Shown here one piece after another: positions 20,802-33,517 of a DNA stretch of 64,000 nucleotides (within the stretch, counting starts at the first letter, position 1; every line of letters begins with the position of its first letter). Made by a program: the position numbers and the translations under genes. Source of the DNA: Amphiscolops sp. MND2022 (Eukaryota); NCBI GenBank assembly GCA_964187785.1, contig OZ076409.1, positions 14,696,001 to 14,760,000 on the forward strand, written 5' to 3'. Below the pieces are notes generated by a model. It was not told where the DNA came from. It saw only the letters and a program-made list of their open reading frames with translations, and did not search any database.

Positions 20802-23089
20802 CAGGGCTGGCAGTTTTACTCGGAGCAAAACGGCGAATTACTCGGGGTAATACTCGGGCATTTAATGTTGTTTACTCGCTAAATTACTCGTTAAATACTC
20901 AGTGTTACTAGAAAAAAGTTATTTCAAAACCTTGTTGAATTTACATAAAGAAACAAAAGTTCACGAATTGAGTCATTGCTTAAAGTCTGGCGCTCATCAG
21001 TGAGGAGTTTATTGTAGTACGAAAAGACTCGCTCAACAGAAGCAGACGAAGGTAGCAAAAAACAATAAGTTTTTGCAATTGTTGCTAAATTTGGAAGTTC
21101 ATCACTGACCGACATCCAAAAATCCAAAACTTGTTGAATTTCGGCCTTCAGGCTTTCGAAAGTGTCTCCCGCGGGACTAGACACAAATGTTCTTGCTTTT
21201 GCACGGTAATGTAAAAATTCGGCCTCAGGTACTTTAGAAATTCCAGGAATCTTCAAAGATTTTGGTGTAACAGAGAAGGAAAGAGATTTGCTGGGAACTA
21301 GAAACTGGACATCTTTGAAATATTGCAAGCCAGGGAAGCAACCATTTTCGCCAAAGTATTTAAGATACTTCGACTCGGCAGAAAGAGCAGCTGTTGAAAT
21401 TTTGCGTATCAGTTCTAGTTGCTCGGAGCTGGTAAAAGTTTCTGTGATTTGATCCAAGATTTCCGTTAATGAATCTGCCAAGAGTTCTTTTTGAGAAACA
21501 ATTTCGAAAAACACATTTTCCAAGTAAGGAAGAGAAATACAACCCAGTGGTAAATCTGACTCAAACAACCTTATAGCATCAATAAAAGGTCGCGCTCGCG
21601 TACGAATAAATGTGCACTCCCACACAATAAATTTGTAATTGCTATCTAAAATTTGTTTCAGCTCCATGGCAGCCTCGTTTCCTTCATCCAAGTCGGTTTC
21701 CAACATTAGAAAGGATTTTTCGGCAGCTAGATAGTCAGTGTGATAATTAGCGACCGCATCAAACATTGCTGTCCATCTAGTGGCAATAGGAATTGGGGGC
21801 AGTTTCCGCTCGTAGCCGGATTGCTCTAGAAAAGTGAGATATCGTTGTTTCCGTGCACCTGAGTGACTGAAATATGCGGCAATTTTGGACGCCCAGTCAG
21901 TGGAAATAGAAAATGATTTCATAAACTCTTTAACTACTAAATTGAAAATATGGGCAATACAGGGCAGATGAAAACAATTTGGTAAAATTTCCTTCAAAGA
22001 GCGTTGGAATGAAGCAAGCATATACGATGCATTGTCTGTGCCGTAAGAAGCAACTTTGTCAAACGAAATTCCGTAATCTGACAGTACTGTTACAATTTGC
22101 TGCGCAACTTTACTCGAATTAACAGGTTCTTTATCGAGAAATACTTCTGCAAGGTACGGTTGTATTTCAGTATTATCTGGGGGTAAAAGTGCAAGCAAGA
22201 CGCAGGACACGTGACGGGATTGCGCGTCGAAAGTTTCGTCGTAAAAAATCATAACAGTTTTGCCCTTGCACTTTTGCTTCAACTTCTCACGGTCGCATTT
22301 ATAACAGTCGTTCAAATAGGGCTGTAATGCTTTTCGTCTGGGGATAGACCCCCCGGAAGTTATATGGCTCTGAAAAAAGTTTCGCATAATCAAATTGTCT
22401 GATACGTTCAAAGGAATATTGGATGCCACGCACGCTCTAATCCAAGACTGAACAGTGTCAATGTTTTGCAGCTTTGCAGCATTTTGTACTGCAAATGAAG
22501 TAGTAAGGGTCAATGGTCGCTTCCGGTTTGAGGAAGAAATGAGATTATTTTTATGTTTTTCAGAGTTTTGATGCCGTTTTATAACGCTTAAACTTTTATG
22601 ATCGATAGCTTTAACGCAAACGCGGCAGAATAGGACACCCTTATCTTCATAAAACTCATTACCCATTTTTTTGGCTCGCGTGAATGCAGTAACAGATGAT
22701 AAATGATTTTGTTTTGCCTTTTTTTGCGCCTTATTAATGAGTGATGTAACATTTGTTGATGTAACAGAATTCTCGTTGACAGAAGTAACAGAATCATCTG
22801 AGTCGGATGAATTCATCATTCGTAGGAAAGATTAAATTGTAGAGAAGTTAGTTATTTTAATTATTTCGTAATTTTCTAGAAAATTCTAGAATTGTTACTT
22901 CAAAATTTCCTTATTCCACCAATCAAATTGCTCAGATCTGCACAACTTCACAACGTCAAAACAATCTGATTCACTTTATAAATTCACTTTATTTGTTTAC
23001 ATGTACATGTATTACTCGCCACTGGTTAATATTGACTAATTACGCGGGAAAGACGCGAAATTACTCGCCGAGTAAAACTGCCAGCCCTG
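20802..23089 (-). mobile_element. Full-length, apparently autonomous hAT DNA transposon in the last CA10-like intron
   Basis: Perfect 22-bp TIRs CAGGGCTGGCAGTTTTACTCGG; perfect 8-bp TSD ATGATTAC (20794-20801, 23090-23097); subterminal TTACTCG repeats. Confidence 0.97.
20924..22819 (-). CDS. hAT transposase (CGGBP1-like N-terminal zinc finger), 631 aa, intact
   Basis: FCRVC...RHQNSEKH zinc finger; FYDETFD, GTDNASYM, PCIAH (CxxH), TRW, PSSASVERVFS (hAT DDE core and dimerisation motif). Confidence 0.95.
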   Translation of the reverse strand: MMNSSDSDDSVTSVNENSVTSTNVTSLINKAQKKAKQNHLSSVTAFTRAKKMGNEFYEDKGVLFCRVCVKAIDHKSLSVIKRHQNSEKHKNNLISSSNRKRPLTLTTSFAVQNAAKLQNIDTVQSWIRACVASNIPLNVSDNLIMRNFFQSHITSGGSIPRRKALQPYLNDCYKCDREKLKQKCKGKTVMIFYDETFDAQSRHVSCVLLALLPPDNTEIQPYLAEVFLDKEPVNSSKVAQQIVTVLSDYGISFDKVASYGTDNASYMLASFQRSLKEILPNCFHLPCIAHIFNLVVKEFMKSFSISTDWASKIAAYFSHSGARKQRYLTFLEQSGYERKLPPIPIATRWTAMFDAVANYHTDYLAAEKSFLMLETDLDEGNEAAMELKQILDSNYKFIVWECTFIRTRARPFIDAIRLFESDLPLGCISLPYLENVFFEIVSQKELLADSLTEILDQITETFTSSEQLELIRKISTAALSAESKYLKYFGENGCFPGLQYFKDVQFLVPSKSLSFSVTPKSLKIPGISKVPEAEFLHYRAKARTFVSSPAGDTFESLKAEIQQVLDFWMSVSDELPNLATIAKTYCFLLPSSASVERVFSYYNKLLTDERQTLSNDSIRELLFLYVNSTRF

Positions 23090-25103
23090 ATGATTACCGC
23101 TTTAAAATGATGGTTTAAACTTCTCAACTCGGATTGGAACAAACAATTCCCAGAAGTTTGTGAAATGTAGAGAGTTCTAGAATAGTTAGAAAAAATACCA
23201 AATTTCTATTCAATAATTCACGAATAATTAACATCTGGAATAATTCAAAATTCAGGAAAATCAATGATCAAGGGAATCCCAACCCAAATTCGAATAACTG
23301 CCATAGAAGTTTACGGCAAAAAAAAACAACTTCAAATTCTGCGTGCATGCATCTACTTTCATCCTCATATATTTGATTCTAAGCTTTCAATTCTAAGCTG
23401 GTAGTCATTGTTGTTCAAACTGTATGGTTCTCTATAAATTCATGAGATATATCCTACACACTACATAAGTTGACATGACAAGTAGCATCTGAAGTTCTGG
23501 CGTATATATTGAATTTATGTATGCATACATGGATGTACATGCAAAGCACATGCATGCGTATCTTTGAAAACTGGAAATGCTTCAAAGTCAAAAGAACCTC
23601 CCAACCATCACTAAAATACTGGAAGGAATCATGCGAAAAGAGAAGCGATTAGCCGCGGGTGGCGGGGGTTCGCGACTTGTTGTTTATACTATAATCCTTC
23701 AAAAACTGTCGGCCATCTTAGAGAATTTTGACGCCAGTTTTTGACGAGTGTTCCAAAAACTTCGTTCATTTGATCACTTAGTTATTCGAAAACCACAGTG
23801 AAATGATGGATATTATAACTAATCCTTGCACGAATTAAGAATCAATTTTAGGCTCGAAGGCTATTGGATTTTAAGCTCTCTGACAGTTTTAATCTTCGCT
23901 TTTAGGAATAGAAATTTCCAGCGGTACTCTTAAAGACGCTAAGTCTTTGGAAAAGTGATATAAATGATGCCAGAGAAATGCAGTATGGTTTTTCTATTAC
24001 AATTTTTATATCCTGCACGCAATTGTGTATGAGACGGCTGTTTGGTAAATTAGGTCTCAAATCCTACCAAGCAGCTTTCTTTGAAGTCAAGCGGCATACC
24101 GATGTTCTAAATGCAACACACCATTTCACCAAACATGTAATGTTAGCTAACAGCTCTCTCCCTACAAATTTGATCAAAATATGCTAATCGAATCAAACAA
24201 AAATCATAAAAACAGCCATAAATTTTTTGAATTTGTGTGTCTCTACTAATACAAACTGGGTATCGTAAACTGTCTCGAATTTCGCATTTTTGGCTGAACC
24301 TACAAACACGATACTTTTGAAGAAATGTTTTGAAGAAGTATGCCAAGTAAAAAGTGCTGAAGTAAACCAAGTAAACCTAAACAAGGTCAAAGACGAAAAA
24401 GACGGAACACAAAATGGTATTTCTACCATTAAGATGAAGACAATATATAATCAGCATTTCCTATTTAAAATTGATGTGCAGGAGAGACAATCAAAAACTT
24501 CCAGATAGCGTATGTATTGATATGCTTTGATAACCTCCCTGGTCGAAGTTGCGGCGAAGTTTTACATGCACCTTCAAAAAATGCCGGCTAATTTTTTTTT
24601 ATAAAACATGGAAAATTCAGGGACCATGCCTGGAAAAATTTTGTAAAATTAACAGGTAACTTGTAAAATTTTTGTAAAATTACCAGGTAACTTGGAAAAT
24701 GCTGGCAGCATTTCAAGGTGTTTTTTAAAAAAATTCCCTGCTCATACACAATTATATATGTCACGGCACGCCGCTCAGATTGAGGCGTGCGTGAACTTTG
24801 GCGCTTGTGTAACATACCATTTTTCTCCAGTTTTGGTATCTTGGCGTTTAAAATGAGATATTTAAGCGTGGACTATTTCTATTGTCACGAACTTCGACGA
24901 ATTATACAGCGGATTCATTGAACTCAAAATTAGAATGAAATTTTTAGATTCCTTTCTAAAAGTTCGAACCTTACGTGAACTGTAAATCTATTTTTTTGCA
25001 GTTCGAAATCTTGAAAAATATATTTTTTTTAAAAAGTGATGAAACTCTATATTTCATTTTCTGTTTCAAAAGCTTGTTATGCAAGTCTGGGTTGATTTTT
25101 CAG

Positions 25104-25363
25104 TAAACACCATGTACAAAAGATCACCATCAGACCAGTCCAGTGACTCACCGTCAAATGGTGTCCCTAGCAGTAACACCTTCGTAGGCCTTCCTTCGTC
25201 ATTGTCATCAGCCAATCAAAACGCAGCAGCTCAAAGCGGTTCTTACGACACGTCATCGAACGCCTTCCCTCAAGCAGCAGTTTCTTCCGCACAACAACAG
25301 CCGCAGTTCGGAACAGATGGAAGTTTCCACAAGCCCTCCTTTTCGAACAATGCACCCACTTGA
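25104..25363 (+). CDS. CA10: CA10/CA11-like terminal exon with a Ser/Gln-rich extension
   Basis: TTTTTCAG|TA completes the phase-1 codon (KYS-INTMYKR); open to TGA at 25361-25363. Confidence 0.7.
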
Positions 25364-26015
25364 GAAGAGTTTACATGTCGAAATGACGTCATCGACTGAT
25401 ATTCATTCAGTCGTCGTTTGTCGTCGAATGTTGAATAATCGTGCGCTGCCCGATAAATATCAATGCCATCTCAAGTGCCTTCGTCTATCTTAGATTTGAT
25501 CGGATCGGATCGGATCGGCTCCCATCCGATTCGCCTCTTCCATCGCAATCCCTCGAATACAATTAATTACGTGCAGTCCTTCTGAAAAGCTATCACAGTT
25601 CCCAAACATAATTATCAGTGTTAAGAATTTTGTTCAATGCAACCAATGCAGTTAATCAAGTATTGATTTAATTCCGATTATTTCGAGTTTATAAATTTTG
25701 TTATTCGAATTATTTTTCAATTTTAATTTTCAACTTTAAAATTCAATTATTCAAAACATTAACTTTCAATTTACCCGAGTTTATGGTGTTCGTGTTTATG
25801 AAAATTTTTTGTAGAAAAAAAATCATAAAATGTTTAACTACGTTAAACTTTCATCAAAATATCTTGACTCGATATAAAAATATTGGATATGCGGTAAAAA
25901 AGTGAAAACGTTTTATAAATACACACTCTCAATTAAACGAAATTTTGAGTGAAAGCAACAAGCAATCAAAAATGTAACCTACCGTACCGTAATCATTGAA
26001 TTACGGTTAATTACA

Positions 26016-26454
26016 AACAAGCCGGGAACGGCAAAAGTCGGCGCAATACCTAATGCTCAAAAATAGCACGAGGACTTCAAGGTGTCTAGTATTCTCTTCT
26101 ACAGTACGCGAAAAACCTAAAAAGTGGCGCTAAAAGGGGGGACTTTGTCGGATTTTCTAACCTCCATTCTGTTGCAAAAAATTGAAGGGGTGACTCTTTG
26201 GAGACACTAATCATTCTCCGAAAAAAAGTCTCATAATGACAAAAAACTGAAACGTGGATCTTTTAGTCTCGCCCGGTATTGTATGTTACGCTGAAAAAAA
26301 AACAACTTTTATAGTTCAGCTCCCTGGGCAAAACGGTCCAATTTGGCCTCTTAAAATTTCGCAAAACTTTGTAGAACAATTTTGGTCAGTTCATGTGGAT
26401 TGAAAAAAGTCACTATTAAGGTCGCGTTTCACTTTATGAAGCGCCGACTAAAAA
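26016..26454 (-). mobile_element. HINE-like element
   Basis: AACAAGCCGGGAACGGCAAAAGTCGGCGC ... GAAGCGCCGACTAAAAA. Confidence 0.7.
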
Positions 26455-26489
26455 TACTTGCCTTCCTGAACCATTTATTATCAAATTCC

Positions 26490-26882
26490 CCTTTCAGTTT
26501 TTCGGCATTGTGAGACTTTTTTTCCAAAATTTTTTTCTCTCCAGAGGGTCCCCCTTCAGTTTCTTTGATATTTTACAACAGAATGGGTGTTTAAAAATCC
26601 CAAAGGGTCCCCCTTTTAGTTTTTTGGCATTGTGAGGCTTTTCGAAAATTTGTTTTTTCGCCAAAGGGTCCCCCTTCAACTGCGACAAAGATGTTGACAA
26701 TTTTAGAAGTGTCCCCCCCCTTTTAGCGCGCCAGGGGTTCGCGTTAGCGGGGCCCGGCGCTCCACTCGGTCCACTTTTTTTGGTTTTTCGATTTTCGAGT
26801 ACTGTGAATTGACACTTGGAAGTCGTTTTGCTATTTTTGAGCCTTGGATATGGCGCCGACTTGGGCCGGTCCCGGCTTGTTT
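26490..26882 (+). mobile_element. HINE-like element, partial
   Basis: Ends GGATATGGCGCCGACTTGGGCCGGTCCCGGCTTGTT. Confidence 0.65.
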
Positions 26883-28110
26883 TTCCATTATCCTTAATTG
26901 GATCTCTTCGAGCGACGAGTTTCGATAGCTCTTTTCACGTCCAGATTGGATTGTTACTTGCTCTTAAACATAAAAGTTGTTATTCTACTTTCCAATCAAA
27001 TAAACATTTCTTTCTAAAGAATATGCACCCTAACCTATACCTTGTAAACATCTTGCTCTCCAAAGGTTAAGCATGTTCTTAACATGGTCTCGAAAGTTTA
27101 CTGACTCTACGTGTACTTAATGGAATGTACAGTAGTGACATTATTGAAAGCAACACAAGGCAAATCTCCAAATCAAATATCTCTAAAACGGCAGCGATTT
27201 TTGAAAAAACAATGGAAGTGAGAGTTTCTTAAATTTTCATCTAGTTCACAAATTTATTTCTGAAATTATGCGATGAAAATTGTGAAAGCTACGATAGGCC
27301 ATTTTAAGCCAAATTTAGAATCTTCTGAGGTTCTTCTCACTTTTGGAGTTTTCGTTCGAAATCATCCTTTTTCCGCATGCTTTTTTGCTTTTAAAAATAT
27401 CACTACTGCATACCTACTTTATGGCTACGTAGTACAGCGCACGCTATTAAAAAGGAAAGGTTGATTACATTCAACCGGCAATTTCGAAGGGGTACCATTA
27501 TGATTATAACATATTTTTTATAAAAAGGAAACCTAGCTGATCCTCCAAAACATTCGACAAGCTAACATGTATCCTCATTCAAATCGTGGCACCTGCTACA
27601 AATTTCTTCAACCCTGAAACTTTAATTTATTTTGACATCAAAGGCTAATCGGTGTTTAATCGGTTTTCAAAAAGGTGATTTTGTTAATGGAAGTAAGATC
27701 TCTCCTTTGTAACCCACTTCAAAAAAATGGTGTAATTGAGTCAGATTTGTAAATCTATGGCTCATCAAACGTAGATTTCAGATCCTCGTTTTTGCAACCT
27801 CTAAGAACTCTTAAAATTCATTGTTTGTTAAGTTATTTCAGTCAGATGAACGTCAAGGTATCACAGGAAAGGTGAAACAACTATGACAAAATTTTGCTGA
27901 ATTTTGCTTACAAAAGTCATTTGCAAAGCAGTGGGATGTTTTCTGCTCTAAACTGGTATCTCCCATCGTCAGTCAAGTTGGTAAAGTTTCATTGCGCGAC
28001 AAGGTTACCCAAGTGAAGGATTTTTATTCTATTCTAATCAACAAAACGGGTCGCAAAATTCAGAAGCGCTTACTACTCTACTTGAGAATCCCGTGAAATT
28101 TTGTAAGCAC

Positions 28111-28420
28111 ATGAATAAAATGCAGGCTCTTTTCTGATAAAATAGAAGAATCAGGGACCGTCTCTGATTCTTCTGTTTAATCAGAAAAGAGCCTGCATTT
28201 TATTCATTTTCCAAGTTTCTATAAAATTCAGGGAAGATTTTCGGACATGCTGAGACGTTTTTAAAGATTTTCTAAGATGCAGGGAAATTCTACAAAATTT
28301 TTCAAGCAGAGGCCCTGCATGAAAAATTTTGTACAATTTCCCTGCATCTTAGAAAATCTTAAAAAACGTCTCAGCATGTCGGAAAATCTTCCCTGAATTT
28401 CATAGAAACTTGGAAAATGA
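28111..28420. repeat. Two abutting imperfect palindromes (28111-28207 and 28204-28420)
   Basis: ATGAATAAAATGCAGGCTCTTTTCTGAT...ATCAGAAAAGAGCCTGCATTTTATTCAT, then TCATTTTCCAAGTTTCTAT...ATAGAAACTTGGAAAATGA. Confidence 0.85.
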
Positions 28421-29499
28421 TCAAGCTCTGACAAAAATTTCCAACAAAAATGTTGAAAAAGACAGATGTTGAAAAAAAATCTTTCACTTTTTCTGAACAT
28501 TCAATCTTGATTCTGACGAAATTGAGTTCTTCTAAAAAGGAGGTGCCTAATATAAGAGCTGAAAAAAAACCTGAACTGCAATTATTTTTTAAAAATATAA
28601 AAATTGGCGAAGATCTACAAATCGAAATTATGCAAAATCATGGTCAAAAATAGTTTCTGGAGTTTGTGTATTGGACAAACAGAACATTTGTATCGGATAC
28701 AGAACGTATCAGGTTCCAGAGTCAGCTCTTCCAGTGGTTTCGTACGAGCTGCCACACAAACTCCATCGTTTTAGGATAACAACGTCTTAAACAAGATTTT
28801 GATAATCATTGAAATCACGAAGAGTTAGGAAGGAACTGTTGAGAAAACAACAGAGGAAAAAACTTTTCGAAGCAGAAAAACTTTAAAAGAGTTGAAATTT
28901 CACCCAAGCAAAATAGCTGTGTCCTATATTCTGCTCTCAAAGTAGGCCTCATGAAAATCTAATAAAACTTTGATATCGACTTTTTATCGGTTTTCCAAAA
29001 CCGGAAAGCAATAAATATTGTGTTTTTCAACAGTTTATATGAAGAAACAATCATTCGTTCCCAAAAAATCTAATTACACGAAGATGTTTGACACATTGGC
29101 ACCCGTAGGCTATTTGTTCACGTCAAACTACAGCCTATGCACTTACAAAAATTGAGGCTCTGGTCGCGGAAACCTGCAAATTTTGCAAGGAATTTGCTCT
29201 GAAGACCCGCCAAATTGTATGGAAATCCTAATAAATTCCTGAAGAACTAGCATTGTATCAGGGAAATATTTAGCGTTAAAGATTCTCTATAAAACTCTCA
29301 GATTGGAGCTAAAAGTGCTTGGCGTATGAAATCATGTTAAAATTTTAAAAGTAGTTTCAACAATGGTGAGCAAGTTTAATACAGGAAAAAGAAAACACTA
29401 CAGGAAACTAACAACGAAAGGTGGCTGCTGAGCCCTTCCTACATCTTTCTGCTGGGCTATTGGTTTTCCACATGTAGAGCAAATGAGGTAAATTGAGGT

Positions 29500-30600
29500 A
29501 GGGTATTCGGCTGAGCAATTCTCAATTAAGAATCAATGTTGTTTGCGAAGTTGCAGCTAAAGATTTCCCCTGGTGCCTTGGATGTGCAACCTGATGTCGC
29601 GATCGGCAGGTCATCCGACCATTTAAGTGCGTTTAGCTCTAGATCTATTTTTAAATTTGACAGAATCTTTTCATATGATATGTTTTCTAGCCGAATCGTA
29701 TGATCTTTTCAGTTTTGGTGGCACCTTTGCATACAGTAAACTGTCAATCAAACTGCGATTTCAGCGTTTGTGGTCTACTTCTTCGAGAAAATCGAGTAAA
29801 TTCATCGAAACCTCTGCTTTTTGTGTTCAGCACTAGCTTCATCTTCTGGTTTGATGTTCGGCTAATTCGTCTTCAAAGTTCGTTTTTAAATCCATTCAAT
29901 TTTTGGATTTACCATGAAAGGGTAGGGTTCCTTCGCACTGACAGGATTCAGCAACTTTGGTTTAACTGCTTGGAAACCCCCAGATGGAGTATAGTCAAGA
30001 GGAAATTGTGGGCAGGCCTTTTCAGATTTCAATTTCGGTTGTAACTAGGTTCGTTTTGATTAAACTTAGAAACCGTATTATTGCGACTCGAATGGGCTCA
30101 AACAACCATGTAGGGACTTCCATTACGTTTTATACCTGTTTCGAACTTTGGTTGGCTGCCTTATTTGAACTATTTGAACTGGAGCATGAACTTGTATTTC
30201 GGAGGAGATTGGGGTCTTTCGGATCAAGGAGACTCGTTCTATTGTTATCCATCCATTTTCTCCATCATTCTTCGTTTGAGTTCCCAGTTAAAGTTTTCAT
30301 GTTTCCATCATTCTATGTATTTGTTGAGATATCCTGCCATCTTCACCGTTGGTTACAGTCTCTCTAATTTCGTTTCCTATGTGAGAAAATTCACCAATCA
30401 GCAGCCAAAGAAGTTCTCCAGTACTTGCGTCGAGACCACCAAGTATCGTTCGTTTTCATGAAACTTGTTTTACATAGTCTAGATTCCTTTTTCTTATTGA
30501 AAAGTCCATGATTTCGTTATCTGGCATAATGGAAATTCCGAAAACCTCCTCGCACGATATTTCTGCCTTCTAGTTGAAAGAATCACAGATAGAGAAAGTT
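29500..30600 (-). pseudogene. Highly decayed coding-like relic, possibly an old retroelement gag
   Basis: Purine-rich minus strand with stop-riddled, protein-like frames (KFHENERYLVVSTQVLENFFGC*...); no diagnostic motif is intact. Confidence 0.25.
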
Positions 30601-31094
30601 TCCACGTTCAGAAGACTTCAGTCTGACTTCTTGTGAATTGATTTTGTTTCGTGACAAAAAACTTCATTTGTGTTCGTCTCAAATCATAAGTCTTGGCGGT
30701 AACTACCCAGTGTTCGAAACCATGGCATCCTTGCCAAGATCCATGGCAAGTTCCTTGGTAGCCTTGACAAGATCTTGCCATGATCTTGCCAAGGATGCCA
30801 TGGCCATGCAAGATCGTGCAAACGCTAAAAATGATCTTGGCAAGGATGCCATGACTAACCATGTTCTTGCCAAGGGTTCCGTGGTAGCAAATCCGTTATT
30901 TTGGTAATTCCCAGTGTTCGAAACCATGGTATCCTTGCAAGATCCATGTTCCCGCTCACCGCTTTAGACGTTATTCCCGTTTTGTATTTAGATATTATTC
31001 CTTAGACGTTATAGCATTGAACCTTTAGCTACTCATCTAGAAAACTCACTCAGATCAGAAACGTTTCAATAAACTGTCCATTAAAAAAGAGACA

Positions 31095-31679
31095 TTTTTA
31101 TTCGGCGCATTTTATCCAAATGAGCCCGATTATTACAGTGGCAAGTTTTTTTTCTTTTTTTTTCGTCAGACCACAGAATGTATGCGTAGTGGACACTTTT
31201 TTACAGAACTAATAAAAGTACTGGACCGGCAAGCGGAATTACATCTGAGTTACTGCAAAGGGTCCCCCCTTTCGTGTACTCAATTTTTAACGTAAGATAC
31301 AAAACCGGACGGGACTACAGGGTCCCCCCTTTGAACTTTTTCCGCACTGTGCGACTTTTTTTTCGAATTTTTTTGTCGCCAAAGGGTCCCCCCGTCAAGT
31401 TTTTTGATATTTTGCAGCAAATTGAAGTTTCAAAAAGCCCAAAGGGCCCGCTTTCTGGTTTTCGGCACTGTGAGACTGTTTCAAAATTCTCATTTTTCGT
31501 TTTTTGAAAAGTTTTTCAAGAAAAGTTCCGAATTTTTTAATGTGTCCTTCAATTTTTTTGCTATTTTGCAACAGACTGGATTTTCAAAAAGCCGAAAGGG
31601 TCCCCCCTTTTACAAGTTTAAAAACAGGGCTTTTTTGAGCCTTAGATAAAGCGCCGACTTTAGACGTTCCCGTCTTGTT
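31095..31679 (+). mobile_element. HINE-like element
   Basis: TTTTTATTCGGCGC ... GCGCCGACTTTAGACGTTCCCGTCTTGTT. Confidence 0.7.
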
Positions 31680-32053
31680 CATATATTTCGAGGCTACTAC
31701 ATCAAAAATCAAATACAAAGTACAGCAAATCTAACATCCAAAGAGGAAGAAAAACCACTGAATACCCTCAAATATTTAGAGACTAGTATAATGTCAAACC
31801 AAAAAACAAAAAGCATCATTGATTGAACAGCCATTCAGCATGAAAACCTGAAAATCTGAGTATTCCTTTAGATCTTATTTTCGTCCTAAAATTTTAGATA
31901 TTCGTTTTTTTGACTTATTCCTCCTTCTACTTTCATAGTCATGCCTGCAGGCCTTCCAATTAAAGAAACAGTGAATTCCAACGGGGAGCAGGAATAACGT
32001 TATTCGTTTAGACGTCATTACCGGAACACTTTTCAGATGTTATTCCTTTGGAC

Positions 32054-32372
32054 GTTATTCGCGCCCCTAGTTGTTCGCGCCCCTAGTTATTCGCCCCCTA
32101 GTTATTCGCGCCCCTAGTTATTTGCGCCCCTAGTTATTCGCGCCCCTAGTTATTCGCGCCCCTAGTTATTCGCGCCCCTAGTTGTTCGCGCCCCTAGTTA
32201 TTCGCGCCCCAAGTTATTCGCGCCCCAAGTTATTCGCGCCCCTAGTTATTCGCGCCCCTAGTTATTTGCGCCCCTAGTTATTCGCGCCCCTAGTTATTCG
32301 CGCCCCTAGTTATTCGCGCCCCTAGTTATTCGCGCCCCTAGTTATTCGCGCCCTTAGTTATTGGCGCCCCTA
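32054..32372. repeat. Minisatellite (TTATTCGCGCCCCTAG) x ~20
   Basis: Direct 16-bp tandem units with few substitutions and no unique spacers. Confidence 0.95.
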
Positions 32373-33517
32373 AATTTCATCTGAGACATGAGCAATAACT
32401 GAAAATCGTTCAATCGAATTTTTGACATGATATCCATCCTTGCAAGGACCATGACAAACCATGGTTATCTTGCCAAGATCTTGCCATGATCTTGGCAAGC
32501 GTTCCATGTATCATGATTAACCATGATCTTGACAAGGGTACCATGGTTAACCATGATTTAGCAAGATTAACCATGATCATGGCAAGCGATCCATGGTTTC
32601 GAACACTGGTATACATTGTAGCACAAAGGAGTAAATGGAGTTACTTTTTCAAACTAATCAACTTCTGAGTAGCCACTTAGCTTTTTGAACCATGAAATCA
32701 GTTTTTCAAGTCAAGCAAGAACAGAGAAACTCAATTGGATATGAATACAATAAAGTAGCTTTGTAGCATAGTTACCCAATATGAATAGCGAAGTATACGA
32801 TTACCGCTATAAGAAAAAATATACGCTAGTGACTTGAATTGGATTCTTTACTCGAGTTTTTTAACGTAGTGTTGTCTGCAAACATTTTTATTTGACTTTC
32901 ATCAGTACAATCAGCCAAATCATTGATGTAAAAAAGAAAGGAGATAGGTCCAGAAAAAGACATTTAGGTCACACGACTAGGTATTTTTCGTAGGCTAGAC
33001 CACTTTCATATACAAAAAATAGACCGATAATGATTGCTTAATTAGCTTTGTAAATATCGGGAAAAGGTTTTCAGACTCCAATATTTCTCAAATTGTTCAA
33101 TAACTTTCGATGATTCAGTTTGTCAAATGACTCTTTCGAATCAGTGGAACAATATTGACCTTTCATTTTCAGGTCAAAATGGCCCCTCGTAAATTCATTC
33201 ACTTCCTTAATATTATTAATATTTGACATTTTCGATATGAACATTTTCAAAAATGAGCGCAACAAAAAACTTTTTTCGCATGGAATATCAGCATTCTTCT
33301 ATTACCATTTTTTGTTCTTCATCATTGAATTAAGTATACTAATGGGCATTAAGAGTTTTCAGAATCTATCATTTCGCTTTTTTTCACAGAGGTATCACTT
33401 TGCCTGTTCTGAACGCCACAGGATGAGTTCGTTCTGGCATGCATTTGGCAAGCAAAGTTTCTATTTTCGCTGAACATAATTTCAAATTTTCATTTTTGAT
33501 TTCATCGTGTCCGTTAC

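Larger units (their letters stand above)
30706..32610. mobile_element. Possible CACTA-like non-autonomous element with nested inserts
   Basis: CCCAGTGTTCGAAACCATGG at 30706 and 30910, inverted copy at 32591-32609; CTTGCCAAGAT/ATCTTGGCAAG subrepeats at both ends (similar motif at 13610-13700). Confidence 0.45.

Noticed and set aside
32054..32372. CRISPR-like array
   Set aside because: Contiguous 16-bp units with no unique spacers, no cas genes and a eukaryotic context: a minisatellite.
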